This document shows positions 9,474 to 20,431 of a stretch of 64,000 nucleotides of DNA, one piece after another. Origin of the DNA: an uncultured delta proteobacterium. GTDB lineage: Bacteria > Desulfobacterota > RBG-13-43-22. The notes under the pieces were generated by a model. That model was given only the letters and a program-made list of their open reading frames with translations. It made no database searches and was not told the origin of the DNA. The stretch is from positions 64,001 to 128,000 of the forward strand of contig CAVQFQ010000010.1 in assembly GCA_963711835.1 (NCBI GenBank). The letters are read 5' to 3'. Position numbers and translations under genes: made by a program. Position 1 is the stretch's first letter; each line of letters begins with the position of its first letter.

Positions 9474-11331
9474 TCTTTTCCTCCCCTAAGGGGCGTTGTT
9501 CCTCTGGGCCCTGCCCGGAAGAAGGGGAGGGGTTTACCTTGGCGGGCGTTTGGAAATAGGCCTCGAAAATCCGTCGGGCAATCGGGGCCGCGGCCGCCCC
9601 GCCGTGTCCGCCATGTTCCACCACTATGGCCATAGCCAATTCCGGCGCCTCCAGAGGGGCAAAGGCCACAAACCAGGCATGGTCTTTACCGCCCTTTTTA
9701 CCCAGGCTTACCACTTGAGCCGTTCCTGTTTTTCCGGCCGCCACAACACCCCAGATGCGAGCCGCTCCCCCCGTTCCGCCCGGTTCATTAACCACACCGG
9801 CCATGCCCTGACGAACAAGTTGCAGGTGTTCCGGGTTGAGTCGGAGCTCTCTTAACTTTTGCGGTTGAAACTCCCGGAGGACCTCTCCCCGCGGGGAAAC
9901 CAGTCTTTTTACCAGCGAAGGCCGAAGTAAAGAACCTCCGTTGGCCAGGGTGGCCGTTACCTGGGCCATCTGCAAAGGGGTTACGGTATTATAGCCCTGT
10001 CCTATGGCCAGGGAGAGCGTTTCCCCGGGTTGCCAGGGCTGCTTGAAGCGCTTCAATTTCCAGGCAGAAGTGGGGATCAGGCCTCCTTTTTCGGAATAAA
10101 GGGCAATCCCGGTAGGTTGCCCCAAACCAAAAAGCTGGGCATAATGAGCCAGGCGATCTACCCCTACGCGCATTCCCACATTATAAAAATAAACATCACA
10201 AGATTGAACAATAGCCTTATGGAGATTGACCGAGCCATGGCCTCCCGAGCGCCAGCAATGAAAAACCCGGTTTCCATAGGGTAGGGCGCCGTTACAAAAA
10301 AAAGGGGTCTCCGGGGTGATGACCTTTTCCCCCAGGCCGGCCAGGGCGGTAATCATTTTATAGGTAGAACCCGGCGGGTACTGACCCTGGATGGCCCGAT
10401 TTTGAAAGGGCTTTTGGGGATCGGTCAGCAGAGCGTTCCATTCCTTGGCTGAAAGCCTTCGGTTAAAGGAAGAGGGGTCGAAGGTTGGGGAACTGGCCAT
10501 GGCCAGGACCTCCCCGGTGGCCGGCTTCAGAACCACTACCGCTCCGGACCGGCCCTGGAGGGATTCCTGAGCCACCTTCTGCAGTTTCCAATCCAAGGTA
10601 GTGACCAGGTTATTCCCGGCCACTGATTCCTTGGTGTTGATCAGCCTTACTTCCTGCCCCAGGGCATTGACCTCCAGGAATCGCCCGCCCTTCTTCCCTC
10701 CCAATTCTTCCTGCCATTCCTTTTCCAGACCCCACTGCCCGATATAGTCGCCCATACGATTTTGGGGATAACCGCCGCTTTTCAGTTGCTTGGGAGTGAT
10801 TTCACCCAGATAACCGAGGAGGTGCGGCGCCACCAGCCCCAGGGGATAATTTCTCTGGGGGCTGACTTCGAGATAAATCCCCGGCATAAGGTAGCGGTAG
10901 GTTTCAATCAGTCCGACTTCATCCTGGGTAATGTCCAGTTTAATCGGAAGGGGATGGATGGGCCCGGCTTTTTTCTGGGCCAGACGTTCTTCGATCTGAT
11001 CTTTTTCCATGTGGAGCAACCGGGAGAGCTGTTCCTTTAAGAGATCCCAATCCTGAACATCATCCGGGATAACATAGAGATTAAAGGAAGGGCGGGAGCT
11101 GACCAGCATGATCCCCTGGCGGTCAAAGATAATCCCCCGGGCCGGCGGCATATCCAGAACCCGGATGCGGTTGTTTTCGGACAGCTCCTTGAAATGAGAA
11201 GCCCTGGCAATTTGGAGGTACCAGAATCGGGCCACCAGGCCGAAAAAGATGGCCAGGATCACGAAGGTGGCTATCAGGAACTGCTTGATCAGATCAGCCG
11301 GTTCATTTTCAAAAAACTTGGGCTGGGGCAT
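9466..11331 (-). CDS. mrdA: Penicillin-binding protein 2
   Basis: YPPGSTYK (SxxK), SCD, KTGTAQ; position in the mre operon. Confidence 0.97.
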   Translation of the reverse strand: MPQPKFFENEPADLIKQFLIATFVILAIFFGLVARFWYLQIARASHFKELSENNRIRVLDMPPARGIIFDRQGIMLVSSRPSFNLYVIPDDVQDWDLLKEQLSRLLHMEKDQIEERLAQKKAGPIHPLPIKLDITQDEVGLIETYRYLMPGIYLEVSPQRNYPLGLVAPHLLGYLGEITPKQLKSGGYPQNRMGDYIGQWGLEKEWQEELGGKKGGRFLEVNALGQEVRLINTKESVAGNNLVTTLDWKLQKVAQESLQGRSGAVVVLKPATGEVLAMASSPTFDPSSFNRRLSAKEWNALLTDPQKPFQNRAIQGQYPPGSTYKMITALAGLGEKVITPETPFFCNGALPYGNRVFHCWRSGGHGSVNLHKAIVQSCDVYFYNVGMRVGVDRLAHYAQLFGLGQPTGIALYSEKGGLIPTSAWKLKRFKQPWQPGETLSLAIGQGYNTVTPLQMAQVTATLANGGSLLRPSLVKRLVSPRGEVLREFQPQKLRELRLNPEHLQLVRQGMAGVVNEPGGTGGAARIWGVVAAGKTGTAQVVSLGKKGGKDHAWFVAFAPLEAPELAMAIVVEHGGHGGAAAAPIARRIFEAYFQTPAKVNPSPSSGQGPEEQRPLGEEKSD

Positions 11332-11337
11332 TATCGG

Positions 11338-11832
11338 TTAGCCCAGAGCCGGCCTTTTCCCGAAGAAGACCTGGAAAAGGTAAAGTAGCGGTAAACTGAC
11401 CAACATGGTGATGACCGCCTGGAGGACACTTAAAAAAGACTGCTCTCTCGTAAAATCCTGGCCGAAAGACAGGTTCAAAATGAAATAGGTCAAAAAACAA
11501 TACAGTACTTGCAGGATTAGAACCGAAAAAACTTTAAAAAGTAAGGATTGGATGTTGGTCCGAACCCAGACGAAATGATAGATCCATAAAAGCAGCGGAT
11601 ATAAGGTCATACTTAAGCCCAGGATCCCCCAGGAAAGGATATCCACCCAAAGGCCCAAGAGGGCACTCAGGATAAGACCCATCCCCAAACGATCCTGGGT
11701 GGCCAGAAAAACAATAAGAATAAAGACCAGGTCCAGGCGAAAGGGGTTGATCCATTCGCCGTAGAGCCAGGTGGCCTGCAAGACCAATAAGACCAATCCC
11801 AACCCCAAATAGATAAAGAAGTCCTTAATCAT
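11338..11832 (-). CDS. mreD: Rod shape-determining protein MreD
   Basis: Polytopic membrane protein (GLWVDILS) between mreC and mrdA; ATG at 11832 overlaps the end of mreC. Confidence 0.85.
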   Translation of the reverse strand: MIKDFFIYLGLGLVLLVLQATWLYGEWINPFRLDLVFILIVFLATQDRLGMGLILSALLGLWVDILSWGILGLSMTLYPLLLWIYHFVWVRTNIQSLLFKVFSVLILQVLYCFLTYFILNLSFGQDFTREQSFLSVLQAVITMLVSLPLLYLFQVFFGKRPALG

Positions 11833-12673
11833 CCTGGGTTTCTTCCATAATCGGTAAAAGGGGCTTTTTTTGAAGAACCAGGACCTCTTCAATCCGGGAA
11901 ACCCTGGCGGCCGGAATCACCTCAATATAGAGAAAATTTCCCTTGGTCTGTGAAACGACTTTGTTTACCCATCCCAAGACCAGGCCTTTGGGAAAGACCT
12001 GGTCCAACCCTGAGGTCACCATGAGATCTCCGGTCTTTATATCCTCGGTCCGGGCCACATACTTGACTTGGCAGTGACCTTCACCCAAAAACCCGGTTAA
12101 CACCCCCCGAACCCGGGATCGTAAGGAGAGACAGTCGATGGCAAAATTCGGGTCATTCAGTAAAAGGACTTTGGCATAATGCCTGGAAGTTTTTTCGATC
12201 CGCCCGACCAGGCCGTCGGGGTGGATAACCGGCATGCCCCGGGAAAGGGCGTCTTTTCGACCTTTATTGATATAGAGGGTTTGGAGAAAAGGGCTGGGGC
12301 CCCTTCCCACTACTTCAGCCACCTGGGCCGGCCCCTCCTGATCCGTTTTAAGATTCAGGATTTTTTTAAGGCGTTCATGGGCCTGAACCACTTCCTGCAG
12401 GCGCACCTTTTCGGCCTTTAGATGGGCCAGCTCCTTTTTTAGCCGGTCGTTTTCTTTTTGGGCATTACTCAAGGACAGGTAGTGGTTCCAAAAAGAAACC
12501 AGGGAAGATTTTACGGTATTGAAAACGGAAAAAACCGGCACGAAACCATCGACCAATGAACTCTCCAATGGATTATAGTCCCGCTCCGTTTTGGTTATGG
12601 AAGAAAAGAAGATCAGGAGGGCTACTAAGACAAGCCAGATCAGAAGAAGATTTCGGAGTCTTTTAAAAAACAC
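11825..12673 (-). CDS. mreC: Rod shape-determining protein MreC
   Basis: TM helix plus coiled coil; INKG; GLVGRI; GDLMVTSGLDQVFPKG. Confidence 0.96.
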   Translation of the reverse strand: MFFKRLRNLLLIWLVLVALLIFFSSITKTERDYNPLESSLVDGFVPVFSVFNTVKSSLVSFWNHYLSLSNAQKENDRLKKELAHLKAEKVRLQEVVQAHERLKKILNLKTDQEGPAQVAEVVGRGPSPFLQTLYINKGRKDALSRGMPVIHPDGLVGRIEKTSRHYAKVLLLNDPNFAIDCLSLRSRVRGVLTGFLGEGHCQVKYVARTEDIKTGDLMVTSGLDQVFPKGLVLGWVNKVVSQTKGNFLYIEVIPAARVSRIEEVLVLQKKPLLPIMEETQDD

Positions 12674-12707
12674 GCGCGCTTCCTTGACGCCTTAAGGATG
12701 AGTCCCT

Positions 12708-13748
<1,041 letters not shown>

Positions 13749-14048
13749 TTAAGGCTGTTCTAATCCGGTTGAATTTTTTACCTTTTCCCCTCTTCTCCTC
13801 TCCGGCTACGGAGGGGAAAAGTCTACCGCTCGGCCCGGTTAACGACCCGGGCAGCTAAGGGATCTAAAAAAGTTTAATATACTATCTTAGCCAATTTTTC
13901 TTTGGTTTTCAAGTTTTTTGCGGATTCGTGTTCAAGGGAGGAAATCCCCTCCTTTTTAAGGGAAAAATTTCCTGGTTTTGAAAAAAAGTTTATGATAAAT
14001 TCAACCGATGAAAACATAGGATGAATGGTGTCCTTTTGAGGAGGAGTT

Positions 14049-14789
14049 ATGAAACGTTTTGGCTGGCAGTTTTTCCTGGCCGCGGCCTTACTGGTCCTTT
14101 CGGTCCTGCTCTACCTGGCTCAGATCGAGCTCTTTCATAAAGTAGAGGATACCCTGTTCTACTTCTTCCAGGACCTGGCCTTTGTCCCGATCCAGGTCCT
14201 GTTGGTCACCCTCATTATCAACCAGCTTCTAAAGGTCCGGGAAAAGAAAGCCCTGGTTAAAAAACTGAACATGGTCATCGGTGTCTTTTACAGCGAAGTG
14301 GGTTCCCAGCTCCTGAGATTTTTTTATCGCCTCGAGCCCCGGGCCTCTGAAATCAGGAAAGAACTCTGGGTGAAGGAGAACTGGTCCAAAGGCCAGTTTA
14401 CCAAAGCCGGCAGGCTGTTTAAAAAATATCACTACCAGGTGGTCATCCAATTGAATGTACTGGAGGAACTGCGCTCCTTCCTGATGGAAAAGAGGAACCT
14501 GATGCTTCGCTTGCTGGAAAACCCCAACCTCCAGGAGCACGACACCTTCACCGACTTGATGTTGGCTGTTTTTCACCTCCACGACGAATTGGCCAACCGC
14601 GAAGGTCTTGCGAAGTTGCCGGAAAAGGACCTGGCCCATTTGGCCGTGGACCTCAAGCGGGCCATGGGCCTGGCGGTATCGGAGTGGCTGTTGTACTTAA
14701 GGCACTTGAAGGAAAACTACCCTTACCTGTATTCGCTGGAGGTGCGAAAAAACCCTTTTGATCCCCAGGCCTCCCCGGTAGTCCAATAA
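14049..14789 (+). CDS. Uncharacterised membrane protein (two N-terminal TM helices)
   Basis: GAGGAG RBS; 246-aa ORF; no recognised function. Confidence 0.75.
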   Translation: MKRFGWQFFLAAALLVLSVLLYLAQIELFHKVEDTLFYFFQDLAFVPIQVLLVTLIINQLLKVREKKALVKKLNMVIGVFYSEVGSQLLRFFYRLEPRASEIRKELWVKENWSKGQFTKAGRLFKKYHYQVVIQLNVLEELRSFLMEKRNLMLRLLENPNLQEHDTFTDLMLAVFHLHDELANREGLAKLPEKDLAHLAVDLKRAMGLAVSEWLLYLRHLKENYPYLYSLEVRKNPFDPQASPVVQ

Positions 14790-14790
14790 T

Positions 14791-15114
14791 TTAGTATCGT
14801 TCAAAAGTTGTGGCACTGGCGCATTATTGCCTGACTGGGGACCGGGGGGCTCGATTTCAAGGCTTGTCCAAAGGGTGATCCTTCTCGCCAATCCGGCCCA
14901 GATTTCTAAGGTTGGTTTAGAGCCGGGCATTCACCCAATCGAACAAACAGCTTTGGTGTAGGCCTACTTAAGGCATTATCGTCATCTTTCCAGTCCCGCT
15001 AAAAGCGGGATTTCAAGGTAAGGAGTTTATGGTGGACAACCTTGAAATCAAGACCCCCGGTCCCCTTCCATCGGGTATCAGAAATATAATGCCACAACTC
15101 TTGAACGATGCCAA
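14791..15114. mobile_element. MITE-like non-coding element with composite terminal inverted repeats
   Basis: 25-bp IR (14791-14815 and 15090-15114, 22/25 match); second IR of about 33 bp (14837-14870 and 15033-15065); internal hairpin TCCCGCTAAAAGCGGGA. Confidence 0.75.
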
Positions 15115-15159
15115 TAAGTTGGTTCTTCTCCCCCACCGATCCCGAAACTTCTTGAAATT

Positions 15160-15465
15160 TCACCAGGTATCCATTTTATGGTCTGTGAACCGGGCGTTGC
15201 CCCTGACTCCCTGACTCCAACCTTTTGTGCGGGCGCAGCCGACTATCAGAAATGTGTCCGGAAGGCCCCCTTGAAGGTCAAGGTTGTAGAGGGCCGGGAT
15301 GATTTTCCGGGCCGTAAGATCCCCGGAGGCCCCGATAATGACCAGGGTGCAGGGCTCCACTATCCCATCGATCAGACAGGCCCCCTGCGGAATTTGGAGA
15401 TCCGGCGCCGTGGCCGAGGCCAAGGCCTCCGGCAAAAGGTGTTCATTCGGATCGGTATCAGTCAT
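15160..15465 (-). pseudogene. zwf: N-terminal fragment of glucose-6-phosphate 1-dehydrogenase
   Basis: [25 protein letters not shown]...IVGCAR, then an abrupt switch to unrelated sequence; GGAG RBS. Confidence 0.85.
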
Positions 15466-15698
15466 GGAGGCTCCTTTCAAACCCCAGAGAGCAAGAAGGG
15501 TTTCCAGGGAGGAAATGTCATGCGGCCACGAAGATCGTGTTTTCGAAAACCGTCTCGGGATGATCTATGGTGGTATTATAGAGACCAGCGGAGGAGAAAT
15601 CAACTGGGGAGAAAGAACCTGGATCGGATAAGAGCGATCAGTGATCAGCTTTCAACAAGAAATCTTAAAAATGTCGGAGAGTTCCGGATGGATACTTT

Positions 15699-15734
15699 AA
15701 AAGGCCGCTCTCCCGATCGGGAAAGCGGCCTTTT
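15699..15734. terminator. Bidirectional rho-independent terminator downstream of acsE
   Basis: AAAAGGCCGCTCTCCCGATCGGGAAAGCGGCCTTTT hairpin with T-tracts on both strands. Confidence 0.8.
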
Positions 15735-15758
15735 GTTATCGGTTTCCTCAGGGGCCGG

Positions 15759-16637
15759 TTATATTTCCAGCCAGGAATCGGAATAGAGGGTATGGCCCAG
15801 GATCACCTTGGCGGTTTTGACATAGTCCTGCATTTCTTTGGATAGGCTCCCCAGGTCAAGGGATTCGCCGTCCATGACCCTATGGACGATGGCGACGATA
15901 TCCGGCCGCGCGCCCCTGGCGATCTCCAGAATTTTGGAATCAAAGCCGTCCACGATACAGGAATACATGCCGTGCCGCTCGAGCATGATCATATAGGTCT
16001 GGTTTAAAATGGGCCGCAGGTGATCCGGGGGCCCGTTGGAGACGTTGGAAAGGCCGCAGGTCGATTTGGCCCCGGGGGCAATGTCCTGAAGCATACTCAT
16101 GAAGGTCAGGGTGCTCATAAGTTGCTGTTGTTGAATATTGACCGGGGTAATAATCGGATCGACAAAGATGTCTTCATTGGGGATGCCCGCTTCATTGGCG
16201 GCATAAAGCAGTTCGGCGGCCAGGACCCCCCGCTCATTCTCGTCCCGGGGCAGACCTTCCGGTCCCCAGAGCAGGGCGATCATATAGGACTCGTATTGTT
16301 TACACAGGGGCAGCATGACCGTGTAACGCTCCGGGCGGGCCATAATGGAATTGATAATGGCCTTTCCTTTATGAACCTTCAGCCCGGCTTCGATGGCCGC
16401 AATATTGGAGGTGTCCAGGGCCAGGGGGATGTCGGTCACCTCCTGGACGGTTTGGACGATCCAGCTCATCAGTTCCTCGCCGCCTTTTCGGGCCGGTCCC
16501 AGATTGATATCAATATAATCCACCTTGACTTGAGCCAGCTTTTCAGCCATGGCCCTGATGGGAGCCGGATCTTTTTCCTTGAAGGCCCGCCCGATCTGTG
16601 TGTTGATCACATTCAGATTCTCACCGATGCTGTACAT
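15759..16637 (-). CDS. acsE: Methyltetrahydrofolate:corrinoid Fe-S protein methyltransferase
   Basis: Pterin-binding barrel motifs IGENLN, IDINLG, LALDTSN, IINSI, GLSNVS; acs context. Confidence 0.95.
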   Translation of the reverse strand: MYSIGENLNVINTQIGRAFKEKDPAPIRAMAEKLAQVKVDYIDINLGPARKGGEELMSWIVQTVQEVTDIPLALDTSNIAAIEAGLKVHKGKAIINSIMARPERYTVMLPLCKQYESYMIALLWGPEGLPRDENERGVLAAELLYAANEAGIPNEDIFVDPIITPVNIQQQQLMSTLTFMSMLQDIAPGAKSTCGLSNVSNGPPDHLRPILNQTYMIMLERHGMYSCIVDGFDSKILEIARGARPDIVAIVHRVMDGESLDLGSLSKEMQDYVKTAKVILGHTLYSDSWLEI

Positions 16638-16697
16638 GTCTTCTTCTCCTTTGGTTTAAGCTGAAGGTTTACCCCTTTGAGCCTTACGCCTTGCGCT

Positions 16698-18041
16698 TTA
16701 TTTAAGTTCCCTTAAAAACTTGGGGATATGGGCGGCTTCCCGCGGGCCGACCTTGATCGTCCACCCGGGCAGTTCCTCTTCCAAATCTCCGGCGATGGAG
16801 GCCGCATAGCCCGGGATAATCAGGTTGCGGTGTTTGACCTTATCGGCAATGCCGGATTTCTTGATGAAGCTGCCCACCGCATCCCCGACGAATTTTCCGG
16901 CCGCCCAGGCGGTCATCACCGAAAGCCCTTCGGTATCCATGATACACAGCCAGGTCGGTATCCGGCTGCTCTCGATCTCTCCGGAAACGATAAAGTAGGT
17001 CAAAGAGAAATTGGAGGTAACGCAAACCGGAGAATTTTCATCGGGCCCATTGATCTCAAAAATACCCTGGGTCACGGTCATCGGCCTTTGAGGATCGGTG
17101 AAGATGTTCAACCGTTCCAAGAGCAAAGGAAAAACGGACTGCCCCTCAAAATCCGAAAAAACCACCACCCCGCTGTATTTGGCCACCATCAGAGCGCCCA
17201 TCAGGGTTTCGGTCTCCAAATCCTTGGCCATTTCAAAGGCCAGACAGATGGTCGGGAAGCCCAGGGCCTTTTCTTTCCCGGAAAGGGCGGCCCGCCGTAT
17301 GGCGATCTGGTCCTCAAGGACCTGCTTTATTCCTCTGGCCCCGGAATCCAGGACCAGGTCCTTTAATCCGGCCTGGGTCAGCTTGTTGCTCAAATCAATC
17401 AATTCATCCAGGTTGCCGCCCTTTACCGCCAGGGGGCACTTGGCTTCCTTGGCCAGATCGGCCAGGGCCTGCCAATTATCTTTGGTAGCGGCATACAGAA
17501 GCGGATTGCCGCCGGGACAGGCCTCCAGCCCGGCTTTCAGGACCTCCGCCCGGTCGCTCATCAGGATGAGACTGAAATTACTGGTTTCAAAAACCTGTTT
17601 AACCAATTCCCGAAACTTGGCGGCCTCCCCGCCCAGATCCTTGACCGCCACCAGTTCCGGTCTGAGGGTCAGTCCGACCCGCTCATACTGGAAGGTATCC
17701 CATTTCTTGAGCTTGGCCGCCACGACCTCCCGGCCCATGTCCGTAGTCACCAGGGCGCCGAACCCGGTCGGGTTAAAAAAGGTCTTTTCATGACGGAAAA
17801 GCACTGTTTCACCCCCGGTTTTTACACGGTGGTCACCGGCCCCGATGGTCAAAGGCCGAATCGGTGGTGCCGAGGCCTCGGCCAATTGGGCCTTGGCTTC
17901 TTCCGACACATAAGGGCAGGAAGCCAGCTCCGCCTTTCCTGAAGCCAGGTTCATGGCAAAGGCCAAACAGGTAGGGACCCCACATTCACCACAGTTGGTT
18001 TTGGGAAGCAGCTTGAATATCTGAATTCCTGTTAATCCCAT
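16698..18041 (-). CDS. acsC: Corrinoid Fe-S protein large (gamma) subunit
   Basis: LPKTNCGECGVPTCLAFA; NIFTDPQRP; NFSLTYF; GLSVMTAWAAGKF. Confidence 0.97.
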   Translation of the reverse strand: MGLTGIQIFKLLPKTNCGECGVPTCLAFAMNLASGKAELASCPYVSEEAKAQLAEASAPPIRPLTIGAGDHRVKTGGETVLFRHEKTFFNPTGFGALVTTDMGREVVAAKLKKWDTFQYERVGLTLRPELVAVKDLGGEAAKFRELVKQVFETSNFSLILMSDRAEVLKAGLEACPGGNPLLYAATKDNWQALADLAKEAKCPLAVKGGNLDELIDLSNKLTQAGLKDLVLDSGARGIKQVLEDQIAIRRAALSGKEKALGFPTICLAFEMAKDLETETLMGALMVAKYSGVVVFSDFEGQSVFPLLLERLNIFTDPQRPMTVTQGIFEINGPDENSPVCVTSNFSLTYFIVSGEIESSRIPTWLCIMDTEGLSVMTAWAAGKFVGDAVGSFIKKSGIADKVKHRNLIIPGYAASIAGDLEEELPGWTIKVGPREAAHIPKFLRELK

Positions 18042-18107
18042 TCTCGTCTCCTTAAAATAATTTTTTACGCCCACCCCCCCTATGGGAGCGAGCGATCAAT
18101 CAATATA

Positions 18108-18168
18108 AAGGATTCAAGGGGTCAATGGACTGAATTTGAAATGCAGATCCTTGAACCCTTGAATCCTT
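18108..18168. repeat. Intergenic hairpin built from 8-nt CTTGAA(C/T)C units
   Basis: Perfect 13-bp IR AAGGATTCAAGGG / CCCTTGAATCCTT; related tandem units at 31411-31447. Confidence 0.6.
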
Positions 18169-18178
18169 CTTTTCCGAA

Positions 18179-20392
18179 CTATCCTACGATTGATTCCATG
18201 GTAACGGCCGGATGTCCCTTTTCCTGAAGAAAGGACAGGATCTCATCCTCGGTTACCCCCACTGTCTCATCGGCGATCATATCGACCAGATTGGGATATC
18301 CCAGCTCTTCACCCCGCTTCAGAAGGCGGTCCCGGATCTCCTCTTTCAATTGCTTGGGCATCCAGACCATGCGCAGCAGGCCGCCGTCGCCGGTGATAAA
18401 TTTTCGCTGGGTAATGTTGAACTTGCTGTGACCCACAAATCCGGGTGAGGAAGCCCCCCCGCCCATAACCCCGGCCAGGGTGGTGAACTTCATCCCCGAA
18501 GGGGTCATGCCTGTATAATCGCGGTTGACGGTCATGACGCCGTTACAGGAGGGCAGGACAGCAGCGATGCACTCACAGCAGCCGCAGGTGGTCATGGGTT
18601 CATAAATCAGACTGTAGAAATTATAGCCGCTGACCTTCTGGCGTGAGGCCTTATAGACAAAATCGTTGACCCCTTTCCACTGTCCCAGTTTGGGATCGAG
18701 GACCTCCCCTTTTTGAACCGGCTGGTTGGGTCCGGTCGGGTTGATCTCAAAGGAGGCCTTGCAGTCCATCCAGTTGTAGGCCCCGCACAGGCCGGTCCTT
18801 TCCGGGCTGACCATGCAGACATGGTTGGGGGCAAAGGATTGACAGAGGGTACAGGAATAATAGGTTTCCACGCTCTCGTCGGTCATTTTTTCCACCCGCT
18901 CATCCCGGGTACGGTAGATCTGGCGGGCCTTCTTGGTCAATTTATCCACGTCCTCTTTATTGGTATAGAGGGTGACCTGGACCTTATCCAGGATGGCTCC
19001 GAAATCCTGATGGAACTTGGCATGGAGGATGACCCCGATATCCTTCAGGGTAAAGCCTTTTTGAACAGCCGGCTCTCCGGTCCGGATCCAGGCGATATCC
19101 CGCTGTCCGATGTGCATAACGCCCTGGGCATAGTTGATCAGGTGGTGAATCTGCCGCTCCAGGATGGGCTCGAAATCATCCTGCATCTGGCGGCCGGCCA
19201 CCTGGACATAGATACCCAAAGGCAGGCGGTCCCCTTTCTGAATGTCCTTAACGTCTTTACCGACTACCTCCACCTTGCCGTCTTCAATGGCGTTCATATC
19301 GGCCATCTGGACCAGCTCGGTGGCCTGGGTCTTGCCGCCCCCCATTTCCAGGTAGAGGTCTTCCTTGCGAACCCGCTCCCCTTCGAAGGCCGGGCCGTAG
19401 GCCAGGGGGATGTCTACATTGGCCACCGTGACCTTGAGGCCCCGGATCTCGATGGATCTTTGTGGCATTTCACGGTGAGGGACATTGGCCACCACATGCT
19501 CGTAGGTGCAGACCCCGGTCGGCAAGATCTCGGGGATATCGGTGTCGGCGATGGTCGGGAAGCCCCAGTTGACGCAGCCGGCGGCATTGGCGGCCCACTC
19601 GGCGTTGACTTCGCCCAAGGCATTGACAAAGGCGAAGATCCGGTCCTTATTATAAAGCAGCATTTTCTTATAATCCCCGGGTTTGATCCCTCCGAAGGCC
19701 ATGGCCGCCCGGTTGGCAAAGCCCAGGGCAAAGACGGCGGCCGAGATGTCCGGTCCGAAAGGCACCAGGCGGGTGTTCCAGCCGATCTGGACCCCGGCCT
19801 GCAGAAGCTGCTCGGAGAAGGTGGTGCCGTTCTGGTTGGCGCACATAAAGACATAGAGGTTCTTTTTCTGGTATTCTTCAGCGATCCATTTGGCCGTTTC
19901 CGGGTCCGGAGCGGCGCCGACGATGGCCGCAAAACCCGGGGCCGTGCCGTCCACGAACTCGACCCCCCGTTTCCGGAAAACCGTGTCCTCGGCGGCCCCG
20001 AGCCAGATCTTGCCCGAGGCTTCGTCGATGTCTTCACTGACCAAATAAAAATCGGGATCCTCCAGGTAGCGGATAACCTCGGCCACTTCTTCGGCGAAGA
20101 GGGCGGCCATCCCGGAGTCCAATAGGGGCCCCAAATAAGGCAGGTGGGTCATGTTCTTGACGTGGGCCGGAAGCAGTTTTCGGGCCACCTCCAATGGTTT
20201 CCGGGCCTCCCCCAGGGTTTTGACCGGGATACCCAGAATGGAGTAAATGATCGGCAAATAATAAGCGGTATTGGGAAACTCGATCTTTTGATCGGGACCG
20301 TATTTTTCAATGGCCTTCTTGAGGGTCCCCTCGGCTTTGGAAACGATGCTATAGGCACCTTGAATGGCTGCAAACGCAACTAATTTAGACAT
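18179..20392 (-). CDS. acsB: Acetyl-CoA synthase (bacterial long form)
   Basis: FPNTAYYLP; A-cluster motifs CTLCQSFAPNHVC, GLCGA and TTCGCCEC. Confidence 0.98.
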   Translation of the reverse strand: MSKLVAFAAIQGAYSIVSKAEGTLKKAIEKYGPDQKIEFPNTAYYLPIIYSILGIPVKTLGEARKPLEVARKLLPAHVKNMTHLPYLGPLLDSGMAALFAEEVAEVIRYLEDPDFYLVSEDIDEASGKIWLGAAEDTVFRKRGVEFVDGTAPGFAAIVGAAPDPETAKWIAEEYQKKNLYVFMCANQNGTTFSEQLLQAGVQIGWNTRLVPFGPDISAAVFALGFANRAAMAFGGIKPGDYKKMLLYNKDRIFAFVNALGEVNAEWAANAAGCVNWGFPTIADTDIPEILPTGVCTYEHVVANVPHREMPQRSIEIRGLKVTVANVDIPLAYGPAFEGERVRKEDLYLEMGGGKTQATELVQMADMNAIEDGKVEVVGKDVKDIQKGDRLPLGIYVQVAGRQMQDDFEPILERQIHHLINYAQGVMHIGQRDIAWIRTGEPAVQKGFTLKDIGVILHAKFHQDFGAILDKVQVTLYTNKEDVDKLTKKARQIYRTRDERVEKMTDESVETYYSCTLCQSFAPNHVCMVSPERTGLCGAYNWMDCKASFEINPTGPNQPVQKGEVLDPKLGQWKGVNDFVYKASRQKVSGYNFYSLIYEPMTTCGCCECIAAVLPSCNGVMTVNRDYTGMTPSGMKFTTLAGVMGGGASSPGFVGHSKFNITQRKFITGDGGLLRMVWMPKQLKEEIRDRLLKRGEELGYPNLVDMIADETVGVTEDEILSFLQEKGHPAVTMESIVG

Positions 20393-20431
20393 GTATCCTT
20401 GTCCTCCTTTCTAAGAGGTAACGTAAATTAT

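Noticed and set aside
13782-13860. Hairpins upstream of mreB
   Set aside because: Two simple imperfect stems with no recognisable motif; too weak to call an RNA element.
15178-15786. 202-aa plus-strand ORF
   Set aside because: It spans the antisense zwf remnant, a terminator and the end of acsE, and has no protein-like features.
18713-20125. 470-aa plus-strand ORF
   Set aside because: Antisense shadow of acsB caused by codon bias; no recognisable motifs.
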